Virus record (IMG/VR): IMGVR_UViG_3300049629_000715
Location: 1 to 61,346 of that record
Source of the DNA: a virus
Lineage: Duplodnaviria; Caudoviricetes
Length of the DNA stretch: 61,346 nucleotides
Strand: one strand, 5' to 3'
The stretch's first letter is position 1. Each line of letters begins with the position of its first letter. The notes under the pieces were generated by a model. That model saw nothing but the letters and a program-made list of their open reading frames with translations, did not search any database and was not told the DNA's origin. Shown here piece after piece: positions 1 to 10,547 of the stretch. A program made the translations under genes and the position numbers.

Positions 1-64
1 TCTGGTGGTAACGGAGCAAATGGTTCAGCATATGGTTCTGGTGGCGGCGGTGGCGGATCGACCA
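1..64. repeat. Terminal direct repeat (circular assembly overlap), copy 1
   Basis: 1-64 is identical to 61283-61346. Confidence 0.97.
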
Positions 65-135
65 TTGGTTCTGGAGACCGAAGCAATGGTGGTAATGGCG
101 CGCCGGGAGCAGTAATGATTACAACATATTTCTAA
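1..135 (+). CDS. C-terminal end of the Gly-rich fibre gene that starts at 59159 and wraps the junction
   Basis: Frame 1 reads [20 protein letters not shown]...GAVMITTYF-stop. 59159-61282 is exactly 708 codons, so the frame continues. Confidence 0.9.
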   Translation, partial: SGGNGANGSAYGSGGGGGGSTIGSGDRSNGGNGAPGAVMITTYF

Positions 136-138
136 ACC

Positions 139-303
139 ATGGAAATCGACGACTGGGCAATCATCAACACGGCAGGCAACTGGATCGAGATGGTCATCCG
201 TTGGGACGGGAATACGGAAACTTGGCCGCTCCCCGAAGGAACATACGCAGTTAAACGAAAAGATTTAGATTATTCAACTATTAACGAGAAACCAGAAGAA
301 TGA
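139..303 (+). CDS. Small hypothetical protein (54 aa), possible fibre-associated protein
   Basis: MEIDDWAIINTAGNWIEMVIRWDGNTETW...; lies directly after the fibre stop; translated by hand. Confidence 0.7.
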   Translation: MEIDDWAIINTAGNWIEMVIRWDGNTETWPLPEGTYAVKRKDLDYSTINEKPEE

Positions 304-476
304 ACGACAATACTGCTATCAATGGAATTTTAGGAACATCAACTTCATTAGGTGGCGTTGCCATTTCTCTTTTCCCTCAAGTTGAGGCATGGGTTCGCTT
401 AAGCGGTGCTGTTGTCGGCTTGGTTGCTGGCATTCTTACTTGCATCTACATGATTCAAAAAATTTCAAAAAAATGA
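300..476 (+). CDS. Holin-like membrane protein (58 aa)
   Basis: Two hydrophobic segments and a basic C-terminus (…ILTCIYMIQKISKK); ATGA overlaps at both ends. Confidence 0.6.
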   Translation: MNDNTAINGILGTSTSLGGVAISLFPQVEAWVRLSGAVVGLVAGILTCIYMIQKISKK

Positions 477-631
477 ACCCTAAAAAAATTGCAATGTTGC
501 TCATTCTGGTTTCTTTTACTTTTCTCGGAATGGCATTCTTAACGGGATGCGAAACCCTCGGAATATCCCTTGAAACTCAATACGGAAGATTCACCTACGA
601 ACTACCAGAACCGAAAGGAACAAAAAAATGA
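473..631 (+). CDS. Small lipoprotein, possible spanin component
   Basis: MNPKKIAMLLILVSFTFLGMAFLTGC: signal peptide plus LTGC lipobox; start at 473 rather than 389. Confidence 0.6.
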   Translation: MNPKKIAMLLILVSFTFLGMAFLTGCETLGISLETQYGRFTYELPEPKGTKK

Positions 632-801
632 AAATCGTAAATATCCTACTTGAACGGCTGTCAGAAAACAGCACATGGCGCGGAATCATTCTTATTGCTA
701 CCGCTGTTGGTGTAAAACTTGAGCCGGAACTTCAAGAATCAATCATCGTTGCTGGCCTTGGATTGGTCGGCCTAATCAATATTATCCGTAAAGGAAAATG
801 A
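628..801 (+). CDS. Holin-like protein (57 aa)
   Basis: MKIVNILLERLSENSTWRGIILIATAVG…VAGLGLVGLINIIRKGK: two hydrophobic helices, directly upstream of the putative lysin. Confidence 0.65.
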   Translation: MKIVNILLERLSENSTWRGIILIATAVGVKLEPELQESIIVAGLGLVGLINIIRKGK

Positions 802-1334
802 TTCCCCAATCCAGACCTCAACAACGACGAGAAGTTTCTGAAAAACACCTGTTGAAAGCAGGCGTTTCAGATAAACTCGCGTTGTTGGGGATTCGCGGAT
901 ACTTTAAAGACACGATGGGCGTGAGGGGAAAGAACGATAGAGGTATTTACGATGATGCGATTTTCGTAATTTCTCCTTCTGCTTATGTTTCCTTCAACGC
1001 CAATACTGACCCGTCTTACCATAAAACGGGGGTTGCCGTTCTTCTTCCCGGACTTTATCGTTATCGCAAAGGAAAACATGGGATTTCTAAAGGTCCGGGA
1101 TATGATGCTCTCCGTCCCGCGACCGCGAATGAAGCATTACCAGTTATGCGAGACGGAAAAGGAATTTCTACTGGTTATCACATCAACATTCATAAAGGAT
1201 CGTTGAGTTCTACATCATCATTAGGATGTCAAACAATACCTCCATCACAATGGCTTGCTTTCCAGACTCTTGTATATGAGCAAATGAACAGGTATTGCCA
1301 AACGACAGTTCCATATTTGTTAATCGAAGCGTAA
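798..1334 (+). CDS. Putative endolysin, L,D-transpeptidase (YkuD)-like Cys peptidase
   Basis: INIHKG…SSLGCQTIP His/Cys motif; position after holin-like genes. Confidence 0.6.
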   Translation: MIPQSRPQQRREVSEKHLLKAGVSDKLALLGIRGYFKDTMGVRGKNDRGIYDDAIFVISPSAYVSFNANTDPSYHKTGVAVLLPGLYRYRKGKHGISKGPGYDALRPATANEALPVMRDGKGISTGYHINIHKGSLSSTSSLGCQTIPPSQWLAFQTLVYEQMNRYCQTTVPYLLIEA

Positions 1335-1337
1335 TAT

Positions 1338-3221
1338 ATGCCTAAACAATTTAATTGGGTTCCAAGTTCGCAAGGCGGAAGTTGCCAATCAACAAATCTT
1401 GATTGCAATTGGCCTATTGTTGGCGCAACGGGCGGAGTCGGCGCAACAGGAGCGACTGGCGTTATCGGAATGACCGGATTGCAGGGAGCAACCGGAATTC
1501 AAGGGCTAAAAGGAGCAACTGGATTTGGCGCGCAAGGACCGCAGGGGGCTACTGGCGCGATTGGGCAACAAGGGGCAACCGGAAGTGGCGCAACAGGATT
1601 AACGGGAGCCAGCGGAGCGACTGGCCTTCGCGGAAGCACGGGTTTTATCGGAACAACCGGAGCAACTGGCCCGATTGGTATTTCTCCCGTCATTACTCGC
1701 AGGAGTTTTACTTTAGAAGGAATTTGGGTTGGTCAAAAAACATTTTTTTATGCTCCTGCTGATGTTGGATGGACTGTTGGTTCCCGTATTCGCGCAGTTG
1801 CAGATTCGGCTTATCCTTTTGATTGGGTTGAAGGCAATGTTCTTGGTGTTTCCAATAGTTATGTAATTGTTCAAGTAGATAAAACTCAAGGAGCAGGTCA
1901 ATACAATGTTTGGGATATTGCTCTTTCTGGTGATGGCGGGAAAGGATTTACTGGAAGCACAGGAACAATCGGATCGACTGGAGCGACTGGATTTCAAGGG
2001 GCAAGCGGAATAAATACAATTTACGCTGAAAATAATCCAATACCTCCTTTGTCTCCAGTCGAAGGGCAAAGATGGGTTGATACCGACACATTGCAAGAGT
2101 ATCAATGGTATAGCAATACTTGGGTTGAAGTAAATTCTCCAAATGTTGGCGCGACTGGGGCAAGTCCTGATGTGTCATCTTTCGTTCAGAAGTCAGGCGA
2201 CACGATGATTGGGAAACTTGTTGCTCCAGCAGATGCCAATGTATCAAGATTAAATATTGGAAATAACATTGGTTCAAATGTTCCAACAACTACAACAAAT
2301 GGAGATTTGTGGATAAATGATCTTAATAAATTATCATATAAATCTAATTCAACGAATTATTTTACAGCAGTAACAAATACTCCAAACACATTTAGTTTTA
2401 GCACAGGAATTGATGTAAGCAATACCACTCACGCATTGCGAGTTACTCAAAGAGGGACAGGGGAAGCGTTTCGCGTAGAAGATGAAACAACACCAGATGC
2501 AACTGCTTTTGTTATCTCTAATGCTGGACGAGTTGGTGTTGGCGTTACTCCAGACGCATCAGTTTCACTTTCTGTTGATACAACAGGAATTAAATTTGGT
2601 GATGGAACGATTCAAACAACCGCTTCTGTTGCTGGCGCAACAGGATTGAGAGGTGCAACTGGAGCGGGAGCCACAGGAGCCACAGGATTTATTGGCGCGA
2701 CCGGAGCCACAGGATTGCAGGGCATCTCTGGGAATATTGGGTCAACAGGAGCAACAGGAATTCAAGGAATTTCTGGAAATATTGGATCAACAGGAGCAAC
2801 CGGAATTCAGGGAATTCAGGGAATTCAGGGAGCAACCGGAGTTCAGGGGATTCAGGGGATTCAAGGCGCAACTGGAATAGGAACGCAAGGAATTCAGGGT
2901 GCAACTGGAGTGGGCGCAACAGGAGTTCAGGGAATTCAGGGGATTCAGGGATTTCAAGGCGCAACTGGCCCAGCAGGCGGGGGCGGGACATCAGTCGCGG
3001 GTAATGTCTGGACATTTACTGGAAATGGATCGACAGCAACTTGGACATTGACAGGAAACACTACTGGGCCTACAAATTCCGCATTGTATTTAGCGGCAGT
3101 TGATGGAATACTTCAAGCACCCGCGAACTACACGATCAATAATGTTTCGCCAAGAACAATTACAATTTCAACAGTTCCAAACGGCAGTTCACTCGTTGTA
3201 GTTTCACTATCAAACGCATAA
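1338..3221 (+). CDS. Collagen-like (GATG repeat) tail fibre protein
   Basis: Many GATG/GIQ triplet repeats, a [10 protein letters not shown] fibre motif and a C-terminal beta module. Confidence 0.8.
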   Translation: MPKQFNWVPSSQGGSCQSTNLDCNWPIVGATGGVGATGATGVIGMTGLQGATGIQGLKGATGFGAQGPQGATGAIGQQGATGSGATGLTGASGATGLRGSTGFIGTTGATGPIGISPVITRRSFTLEGIWVGQKTFFYAPADVGWTVGSRIRAVADSAYPFDWVEGNVLGVSNSYVIVQVDKTQGAGQYNVWDIALSGDGGKGFTGSTGTIGSTGATGFQGASGINTIYAENNPIPPLSPVEGQRWVDTDTLQEYQWYSNTWVEVNSPNVGATGASPDVSSFVQKSGDTMIGKLVAPADANVSRLNIGNNIGSNVPTTTTNGDLWINDLNKLSYKSNSTNYFTAVTNTPNTFSFSTGIDVSNTTHALRVTQRGTGEAFRVEDETTPDATAFVISNAGRVGVGVTPDASVSLSVDTTGIKFGDGTIQTTASVAGATGLRGATGAGATGATGFIGATGATGLQGISGNIGSTGATGIQGISGNIGSTGATGIQGIQGIQGATGVQGIQGIQGATGIGTQGIQGATGVGATGVQGIQGIQGFQGATGPAGGGGTSVAGNVWTFTGNGSTATWTLTGNTTGPTNSALYLAAVDGILQAPANYTINNVSPRTITISTVPNGSSLVVVSLSNA

Positions 3222-3234
3222 CAAAATCAAAACA

Positions 3235-4965
3235 ATGTCTTGCAATAACAATAATCAAAATTCGCCTTGTTGCCCTGAAATTCCTTACCCTCAAATTTCA
3301 GCAGAATCGGTTCCTTCATTGATTGGAAATCTTGTTTATGCGCTTTACGGAGTTATCAACAAAAGCGTGGTCAATGGCCGTGTTGTTTGGGATATTCCGT
3401 GTGATCCGAATAATACTACCGAGGTTGAACAGATTCCGCGAGAAGAAGGGGAAGGATTGCTGTGTTACCTTCTTCGTTTGTTTGCAAATTCGCTTGATAG
3501 CTATGGTCAGTTTTTGCGGTGGGGGTTTTCTACTGTTGGGCAAACCCAATTTACTTTGACAGGAGCATGGCAACCTGACCGAAACGCCTATATCGTTTAT
3601 GTAAACGGAGTCGTTCAAGACCCAATTTCCTACACCATTTCGACAACTCTTCCGAGAGTTTTGACAAGATCAGTTGCTCTTACAAGCGGACAAACATTGA
3701 CTGTTGTTGAGCTTTCCAGCAAAAAAGGAGAAACCGGAGCTACTGGATTTCAAGGAAGCACGGGATTCACGGGATTCACGGGAAGCACGGGGTCGGGCGC
3801 AACAGGATTTCAAGGAGCAACTGGAACTGCTGGCAGTGCTGGCCCATTTGGAGGGATAAGATGGGCTTATTTCGGAAACGGAACGCAGACTCAATTTGTA
3901 ATAAATGGAGCAACGACAGATAATGCTATTGGTTATCAAGTCACAATTGATGGAATTGTTCAAGACCCGAATAATTATTCTGTGTCAGGAACAACGCTTA
4001 CCATGTCTTCTCCTGTTCCTGATGGTTCTGGAATTGTAATAATAAGCCTAAATGGAATTGCAGGTTTTCAAGGCGCAACAGGGCCAAGCGGAGGGCCAAT
4101 CGGAGCAACTGGCGCGACAGGGGTTGGCGCAACTGGATTGCGCGGAAGCACAGGATTTCAAGGCGCAACAGGATTTGGAGAAACTGGCGCGACTGGATTT
4201 CAAGGTTCTACTGGGCCGTCAGGAGGCCCGACTGGCGCAACAGGATTTACGGGGGCAACAGGAGCCGCCACACCAGCAGGCGGAACAAGATGGGCATTCA
4301 CAGGGGACGGAACTCAAACGGCATTCACGATTACGGGAGCGGCAACAAATCTCGCAACGGCATATCTTGTTGCTATTGATGGAGTGGTTCAAGACCCAAA
4401 CAATTATACTGTTAGCGGAACCACACTCACGATGTCAACAGAAGTTCCAAATGGTTCTGGACTGGTGATTGTGTCAATCACAGGACAAATAGGCGCAACA
4501 GGACTTGCTGGATTTGGTGCAACTGGAGCAACAGGAATGCAGGGAATTCAGGGAATTCAAGGCGCAACTGGAAATTCTGGAGCGACAGGAAATTCCGGAG
4601 CGACAGGAGCAACGGGAATTGGAAACCCCGGAGCTACTGGCGCGACTGGTTTTACAGGAGCAACTGGGCCAAGTGGAGGACCAATTGGCGCAACAGGCGC
4701 AACTGGTTTTCAAGGTGCAACAGGAATTCTTCCTGCGTCTAATTTTGGGAATGTGTGGTCATATACAGGTGATGGAACGCAAACAGTATTTGCAATCACT
4801 GGAGGACTCTCTATAATTTCTGCCGCTTACCTCGTTACAATTGATGGCATCGTTCAGAAAACAACAAACTACACAATCAACAATGTCATCCCAAGAACAT
4901 TAACATTTAGTCAAGCGGTTCCAAACGGATCAGAAATCAACATCGTATCACTTTCAGTAGCTTAA
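3235..4965 (+). CDS. Collagen-like fibre/decoration protein with four repeated beta modules
   Basis: GATG tracts alternate with W-x-[FY]-x-G-[DN]-G-T-Q-T…IDG-x-VQ…NY modules. Confidence 0.8.
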   Translation: MSCNNNNQNSPCCPEIPYPQISAESVPSLIGNLVYALYGVINKSVVNGRVVWDIPCDPNNTTEVEQIPREEGEGLLCYLLRLFANSLDSYGQFLRWGFSTVGQTQFTLTGAWQPDRNAYIVYVNGVVQDPISYTISTTLPRVLTRSVALTSGQTLTVVELSSKKGETGATGFQGSTGFTGFTGSTGSGATGFQGATGTAGSAGPFGGIRWAYFGNGTQTQFVINGATTDNAIGYQVTIDGIVQDPNNYSVSGTTLTMSSPVPDGSGIVIISLNGIAGFQGATGPSGGPIGATGATGVGATGLRGSTGFQGATGFGETGATGFQGSTGPSGGPTGATGFTGATGAATPAGGTRWAFTGDGTQTAFTITGAATNLATAYLVAIDGVVQDPNNYTVSGTTLTMSTEVPNGSGLVIVSITGQIGATGLAGFGATGATGMQGIQGIQGATGNSGATGNSGATGATGIGNPGATGATGFTGATGPSGGPIGATGATGFQGATGILPASNFGNVWSYTGDGTQTVFAITGGLSIISAAYLVTIDGIVQKTTNYTINNVIPRTLTFSQAVPNGSEINIVSLSVA

Positions 4966-5001
4966 CAATCAAACAACAATTAAAATAGAAAAACTAAAAT
5001 T

Positions 5002-6138
5002 ATGCCAATCACTCAATCGACACCAAATGTCATTAAATCAAATGTTTTGCAAGGTTCACCTTTGCTTGTAACCGCTGGAAGTCCAGTAAATTTTTCAAAT
5101 TTACAATTTGTAAAAAACGGGACAATAAATGGAAGAAATACTTATTTTAATGATGATTTAAATGATAGGGTTACAATTTCTTATACTGGAACAAATTGGA
5201 AAATAGAAGAAGTGGACGATGATACTGGCGCAATTCGAATAGTAAATGCAAGTGCTGGCTCTCAAACTTATCCTTGGCAAGCCACATGGCCCGCTGGAAC
5301 ATCTTTTGTTTTTGGAACTCCAGTTGCTAATACAAATTCATTTTTCGGAACAGCAGAAAGTGACCCGCAAACGGGTGGAATTTCTTGGATAGGTGAAAAT
5401 ACAGCAATAGGATATAACACATTAGTTAATCTTGTTTCAGACCCAAGCCAACGAGCAGGCGTAGCTGATAGATGGCAAGCGAGAAGCAATACAGCACTTG
5501 GGTCTAAAGCTTTGTCTGAATCTACTGAAGGAAGTTTTAATACAGCACTTGGAGCAGACGCATTGATATTAAATTCTCAATTTGTTCAAAATTCAACTGC
5601 TCTTGGATATAACGCTCAAATAACAGCAAGTAATCAAGTTCGTCTTGGCAATACTTTCGTAACAGCAGTCACTTCCCAAGTAGGGAATCTTTCTGACGAG
5701 AGAGACAAAGCAGAAATCCGAAACACGATTCTTGGGTTGGATTTCATCAAACAACTACGACCCGTTGACTGGAAGTGGGACTTTCGCGAAGATTATCGTG
5801 AAAAAGCACCTGTTCGACCATCAAGTGATGCTACTGAAGAAGAAAAAGAGGCATATAAATTGGCCCATGCAAAATGGCTTGAAGATTCCAAACTTGCAAA
5901 TATTACGAACGACGGAACACACAAACGCACTCGTTTCCATCATGGCTTGATCGCGCAAGAAATTAAATCATTGATTGAAACGACTGGAGTAGATTTTGGT
6001 GGATTCCAAGATCACACAATCAAAGGAGGTGATGAGTGCATGACTATTGGTTATACTGAATTGATTGGCCCAATGATCAAGGCAATCCAAGAACTTTCTG
6101 CTGAAGTTGCTTCTTTGAAAGCTCAACTGAACCCCTGA
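5002..6138 (+). CDS. Tail fibre/spike with C-terminal intramolecular chaperone (peptidase S74-like)
   Basis: NTA[IL]G repeats, then SDERDK…LGLDFIKQLRPV…HGLIAQE and a terminal coiled coil. Confidence 0.85.
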   Translation: MPITQSTPNVIKSNVLQGSPLLVTAGSPVNFSNLQFVKNGTINGRNTYFNDDLNDRVTISYTGTNWKIEEVDDDTGAIRIVNASAGSQTYPWQATWPAGTSFVFGTPVANTNSFFGTAESDPQTGGISWIGENTAIGYNTLVNLVSDPSQRAGVADRWQARSNTALGSKALSESTEGSFNTALGADALILNSQFVQNSTALGYNAQITASNQVRLGNTFVTAVTSQVGNLSDERDKAEIRNTILGLDFIKQLRPVDWKWDFREDYREKAPVRPSSDATEEEKEAYKLAHAKWLEDSKLANITNDGTHKRTRFHHGLIAQEIKSLIETTGVDFGGFQDHTIKGGDECMTIGYTELIGPMIKAIQELSAEVASLKAQLNP

Positions 6139-6139
6139 T

Positions 6140-6511
6140 ATGCCATACGAAAAAACAAAAAAGGAATTGCCTGGCGGGTTCATAGACCTCGGCGAGAAAA
6201 TGAAAAGCATGGAAATCATGCCGATTATTGAAACCGCCGAGGACGCTCCTGAAGTTCATTACCCTTCTCTGTATTTTTCGGATGCTAAAGGATTAGATGG
6301 CTTGCCAAAAGAAGGCAAGGCAACTATCTATTTCAAAAAAGTAATGGAGCGTAAAGAGACCATTACGCAAAACGGAAAAACCGAAAAAAGAAACTCCGTA
6401 GAACTTTGTATTTACGGAATCAAATCCGAGGATGATGAATCCGAAGAATCCGAAAAAATGGACGATGAAGACGCCATTGAGAACGGACTTGAAGAAGCTG
6501 AAAACGATTAA
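6140..6511 (+). CDS. Acidic hypothetical protein
   Basis: 123-aa ORF tightly packed in the structural operon. Confidence 0.7.
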   Translation: MPYEKTKKELPGGFIDLGEKMKSMEIMPIIETAEDAPEVHYPSLYFSDAKGLDGLPKEGKATIYFKKVMERKETITQNGKTEKRNSVELCIYGIKSEDDESEESEKMDDEDAIENGLEEAEND

Positions 6512-6515
6512 AAAT

Positions 6516-6800
6516 ATGACAAACCCAATGCCGCCAGAAATGGCTATGCCAGCCGAACAGGCTCCTGAACCAACTTCGCAAGGTGGCGAGGTTTCAATGT
6601 CGATCCCAAAAGCAGATTTTGACAATCTGTATGATTTAATCATGCAGTTGGCTTCTGTTCTGGAAAACATGAAATCTACTGTGGACACTCAAGAAATGGC
6701 CGCTCAAGAAGGAATGCCTATGGAGCCAGAAGGCGTGACTCCAAACGATGCCGCCGATCTTGAAATGTTCGCAAAAGAACTTAATTCTCGAAGCGTATAA
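6516..6800 (+). CDS. Acidic Met/Pro-rich hypothetical protein
   Basis: Start probably MTNPMPPEM at 6516, which avoids overlap with the previous gene. Confidence 0.65.
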   Translation: MTNPMPPEMAMPAEQAPEPTSQGGEVSMSIPKADFDNLYDLIMQLASVLENMKSTVDTQEMAAQEGMPMEPEGVTPNDAADLEMFAKELNSRSV

Positions 6801-6803
6801 AAG

Positions 6804-9800
6804 ATGTTCGTATCCCAAATCTATGAGGAATGCGCAGAGATTTTAGGAACGACGAATTCGGAAAAGGTTTTCCGAAAAATCTCACAGGCGGTTCAAACTT
6901 TGATGGAGAGCGGCCACTGGTCGCATTCCACGGCTGAAATTGACATTTGCACAGGCTGGGACGGTCAAAGCGTAACCTTGCCTCGCGGTGTTGATACCCC
7001 ATTGGCAATCAATGTTGATGGTTCGCCTGTTTATTTCAGGAACCGCTTGTTCCAATATCATGTGAACAAAGGCGGAAAATTTAATCCTGTCTCTTGGGCT
7101 TGGGATGATCGTGGATATACGCCAACAATGATGGAAATCCGCGAACCTTCACAACTGATCGCTATTGCGGAAACAGAAAATGATGTTGGCAAGCAAATTC
7201 GCGTCATTGGAATCAATGGGAATAATGTTCCTTTGAGATGCCAGCTTGAAAATGGAACCGCTTTGGATGGATTGCTTGTTTCGATTCATTCAATGAAAGA
7301 TTTCCCATACGGAACGATTCTTCCGGATGATCAAACAGTCGAAACAAGGCTTGTTTCAATTGACCCAATTACAAAATTCGTCAACGACAATGGGCAACCG
7401 CATCAACTTGATTCTGGCGAAGGAATGAATATCCAGAATGAATCTGGCGTTATTCCAATTCCGCTGTATAACGGCCAAGTCGCATATGTTGGCATTCTTG
7501 ACGCAATTACGATTCAACTTTTCAATGATCAAATAAATGCGGTCAATGGGAATTTCCCGATTGAAATGGAAAGCATTGTTTCTGCTGGAACAATCAAGAT
7601 CAAGGACAGTAAGCCAAGTCAGGTCGTGACGGCAATTAACATGTATTCCCCCGTTCCCGTTCCCGTTACAACAGGGAATCCTGTTGCGTTTCCTGATACG
7701 ATAGCACTTTTGCCTTCACCTTTAGAAAAAAAGGTTACCTATTTTGCGAATTTAATTAGCAACACAGAACTTGACATATTTGAATCTTACGAAGACGCGC
7801 AAAACAACATTAATCCAATTTATGTTCAAGGTCCGAGCGGAATTCCTTTCCCGATTGACATCAGAAAAGAACTTCTTCCTGAAACAAAACTGACCTTTGC
7901 AATTCCGCATTATTTTTTACAGGGCGATCAAATTCAATGTTACACGGCTGGCGGAACACTCCCAAATCCTTTGATTCCGAATCAGAATTATTTCGTTAAT
8001 GTTGTTGATCCTCTCACAATCACGATTCACGAGACGCAAGCGGACGCGATAGCTTCTAGTACAACGAATTTTATCAATCCGATTAAAATTATTGATGCTG
8101 GTAGCGGCACAAATTACATCGTCAAACTCCTTTCAAGCACATTCCGAAGCGGCGAAACATCGCAAATTACAGCGTCCGGCCTGAATATTGCCCCGCCGAC
8201 TGGTTCTGGAGCTAGTTTCCAAGCTGTTGTTACGGGTTCAGTCAGGGCTGTTCAAGTGACAGCGCAAGGCAACGGCTACGCGACTGTTCCCGGAGTTACT
8301 TTTTCAGAACCTCCTGATCCTCCGATTGGTTCTGGACAACAGGCAGAAATTGCAACCGGATACGCAATCATCAATACATTTAACACAAAACTTGAGCAGA
8401 TCATCATCACAAATCCCGGATTCGGATATACTTCTCCGCCTGCAATAACGATTGATCCTCCAACTGGCGCGAGTCCGCAACAAGCAACCGCGTCAGCAAC
8501 AATTCAAACATCTTTTGTTTCCTATTTCCGAAAAGTTTCTGGCGGAAACAACTATACGCAGGCACCGCAGGTTCAAATCACTGGAGGCGGAGGGTCGGGG
8601 GCAACCGCGCAGGCCGTTGTAAATAATACTGTGTTCAATATCAGTTCAATTTCTGTTGTTGGAACAACAGCAACTGCCACAACATCAGTTGCGCACGGAT
8701 TTAATAGAGGTTCAATAGTAACAATCAAAAATGCAAGTCCTTCCGTTTTTCTTGGAGATAAAACTGTTTTAAGTGTTCCTCAACAAAACACTAACATAAC
8801 GAGCATTACGAGAGCCGGAACAACGGCGACTGTTACGACAGCCGTTAATCATAACTACTCAACAGGTCAAATAGTCACAATTTCAGGCGTGACTGAAGTT
8901 CAATACAACGGAGATTATTCAATCACGGTCTTAAATTCCACGCAGTTCACATATGTTGTAACCGGAAATCCAACAACGCCAGCCGGAGGAGCATCAAAAA
9001 TAGCAAGCATACCGCTACCTTCAGGTAATACATTTACTTTTACAGTCCCAAGCGGAACAACAGACGCAACTATTGGTGGAACTGTTGTTTCAGGAGAGGT
9101 TATCGCATTAAACATTATCACAAGCGGAACGGGATACACTTCGGCTCCCAGCGTTATTTTGACGCCATCAACTGGTGTGTTTATTGAATTCACCAGCACG
9201 GGAACATTGCCGTCTCCTCTTGTTGCTGGAACAGCATATCGGGCGGAAGCTCCTCTTGATACGAATGCTGGCGTTTTCACAGTCAGAAATGCCGACTTCT
9301 CGAAGGTCAATATTACCGGAGGCGGAAGCGGAACTTTTTACACAGTTCTTTCAAGGTCTTTTGGCGTTGATTTTACTGATCGTTGGCTTGGTGATTTCAA
9401 AAATTTGACAACTGGACAAGAAATTTACTTCGGAACAGACTTTATTCTTCCTTCAACAAGTCCTGCTATTGACGGGTCGAATCCTTTCACTTTGGAAGTC
9501 ATTTCGCCAACAGTTGCAAAAATTAAAAATACGGCATTGCCACCTGTATATATTCAGGTAATTGCTTTTGGCGTTGGGCAATCATATTACGGAATTCGCC
9601 GTCAATGCACTATTTCTATTCCGGAAAACACGATCAAACCAGATTCTGTTAGATATTTACAAGAAGATGAAATAGTAAGATTCAATACTTCCGGCTCGTT
9701 ACCAGCCCCGCTTATTGCTGGCGTTGATTACAAAGTTAAAATAGTTGGCGATGCAGTCCGAGTTTACACAACTGCAGGCGGATTGATTACTTTGAATTCT

Positions 9801-10547
9801 ACTGGCGAAGGAGAACTCACTTTGGACATTCAAAGATCCATCAGACCATTGCCATCAACATCTATCCGTTGCGAAAAATCTCTATACGAAACAGGGCAAT
9901 CAATCAATGTTAGGGCGGCAAAGGATGATGTTCTTCCGTCAGGATTGTCTGCTGGCGTTTCATATTTTGTTCGCGTAATTTCTGAAAACGCAATCGAGTT
10001 ATACGACACAGAAGCAAACGCCAAAGGTTCTGGAACAACAGGAAGAATTGAATACAGGACTCCCGGAAAAACAACGGGGTCGCAATTCTACATTGACGCG
10101 ATTGATGACGAGGTTCTTGTTAAAACAATTCATCAGATTGAAAAACCTTTAACTGACGGGTTTGTTTCTCTTTACGCATGGGATTTTGGCCGTTCAAATG
10201 ACATGACGCTAATCGGGCAATACCATCCTTCAGAAATCAATCCTCAATATCGAAGAATCAGGGTTGGTGTTCCGAGCGCATGGGTAAGATTGGCATATCG
10301 GATGTCTCCGCCATTCATCACTTCCAAATACGATTACATACCAATTGAACATGAACGGGCAATTATCGCCGCAATTCATGCCGTGGATATGGAGGATAAA
10401 GATTTTGCTGACCAATCAGCGCGATATTGGGGAATTGCATTTAATTATTTGAGGAACCAACAGGAATATATTGACGGACACGCCATGACGACACCGCAAA
10501 TCAATAACATCACATACGGGGATGGAACTGATTGGGTTATTAACTGA
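6804..10547 (+). CDS. Putative head-tail adaptor/tail protein with a large repeat-rich insertion
   Basis: Helical N- and C-termini, internal LPxPL…Y and GxGY…P repeats; immediately precedes the nozzle-like gene. Confidence 0.6.
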   Translation: MFVSQIYEECAEILGTTNSEKVFRKISQAVQTLMESGHWSHSTAEIDICTGWDGQSVTLPRGVDTPLAINVDGSPVYFRNRLFQYHVNKGGKFNPVSWAWDDRGYTPTMMEIREPSQLIAIAETENDVGKQIRVIGINGNNVPLRCQLENGTALDGLLVSIHSMKDFPYGTILPDDQTVETRLVSIDPITKFVNDNGQPHQLDSGEGMNIQNESGVIPIPLYNGQVAYVGILDAITIQLFNDQINAVNGNFPIEMESIVSAGTIKIKDSKPSQVVTAINMYSPVPVPVTTGNPVAFPDTIALLPSPLEKKVTYFANLISNTELDIFESYEDAQNNINPIYVQGPSGIPFPIDIRKELLPETKLTFAIPHYFLQGDQIQCYTAGGTLPNPLIPNQNYFVNVVDPLTITIHETQADAIASSTTNFINPIKIIDAGSGTNYIVKLLSSTFRSGETSQITASGLNIAPPTGSGASFQAVVTGSVRAVQVTAQGNGYATVPGVTFSEPPDPPIGSGQQAEIATGYAIINTFNTKLEQIIITNPGFGYTSPPAITIDPPTGASPQQATASATIQTSFVSYFRKVSGGNNYTQAPQVQITGGGGSGATAQAVVNNTVFNISSISVVGTTATATTSVAHGFNRGSIVTIKNASPSVFLGDKTVLSVPQQNTNITSITRAGTTATVTTAVNHNYSTGQIVTISGVTEVQYNGDYSITVLNSTQFTYVVTGNPTTPAGGASKIASIPLPSGNTFTFTVPSGTTDATIGGTVVSGEVIALNIITSGTGYTSAPSVILTPSTGVFIEFTSTGTLPSPLVAGTAYRAEAPLDTNAGVFTVRNADFSKVNITGGGSGTFYTVLSRSFGVDFTDRWLGDFKNLTTGQEIYFGTDFILPSTSPAIDGSNPFTLEVISPTVAKIKNTALPPVYIQVIAFGVGQSYYGIRRQCTISIPENTIKPDSVRYLQEDEIVRFNTSGSLPAPLIAGVDYKVKIVGDAVRVYTTAGGLITLNSTGEGELTLDIQRSIRPLPSTSIRCEKSLYETGQSINVRAAKDDVLPSGLSAGVSYFVRVISENAIELYDTEANAKGSGTTGRIEYRTPGKTTGSQFYIDAIDDEVLVKTIHQIEKPLTDGFVSLYAWDFGRSNDMTLIGQYHPSEINPQYRRIRVGVPSAWVRLAYRMSPPFITSKYDYIPIEHERAIIAAIHAVDMEDKDFADQSARYWGIAFNYLRNQQEYIDGHAMTTPQINNITYGDGTDWVIN

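Noticed and set aside
1-64. The 64-bp repeat as a biological terminal repeat
   Set aside because: It lies mid-gene and is most simply an assembler overlap of a circular or circularly permuted genome
1420-4730. GGCGCAACAGGA/GGAATTCAG repeats as a possible CRISPR array or DGR repeats
   Set aside because: They are in-frame coding repeats with wobble variation and no unique spacers; no cas or reverse transcriptase gene is present
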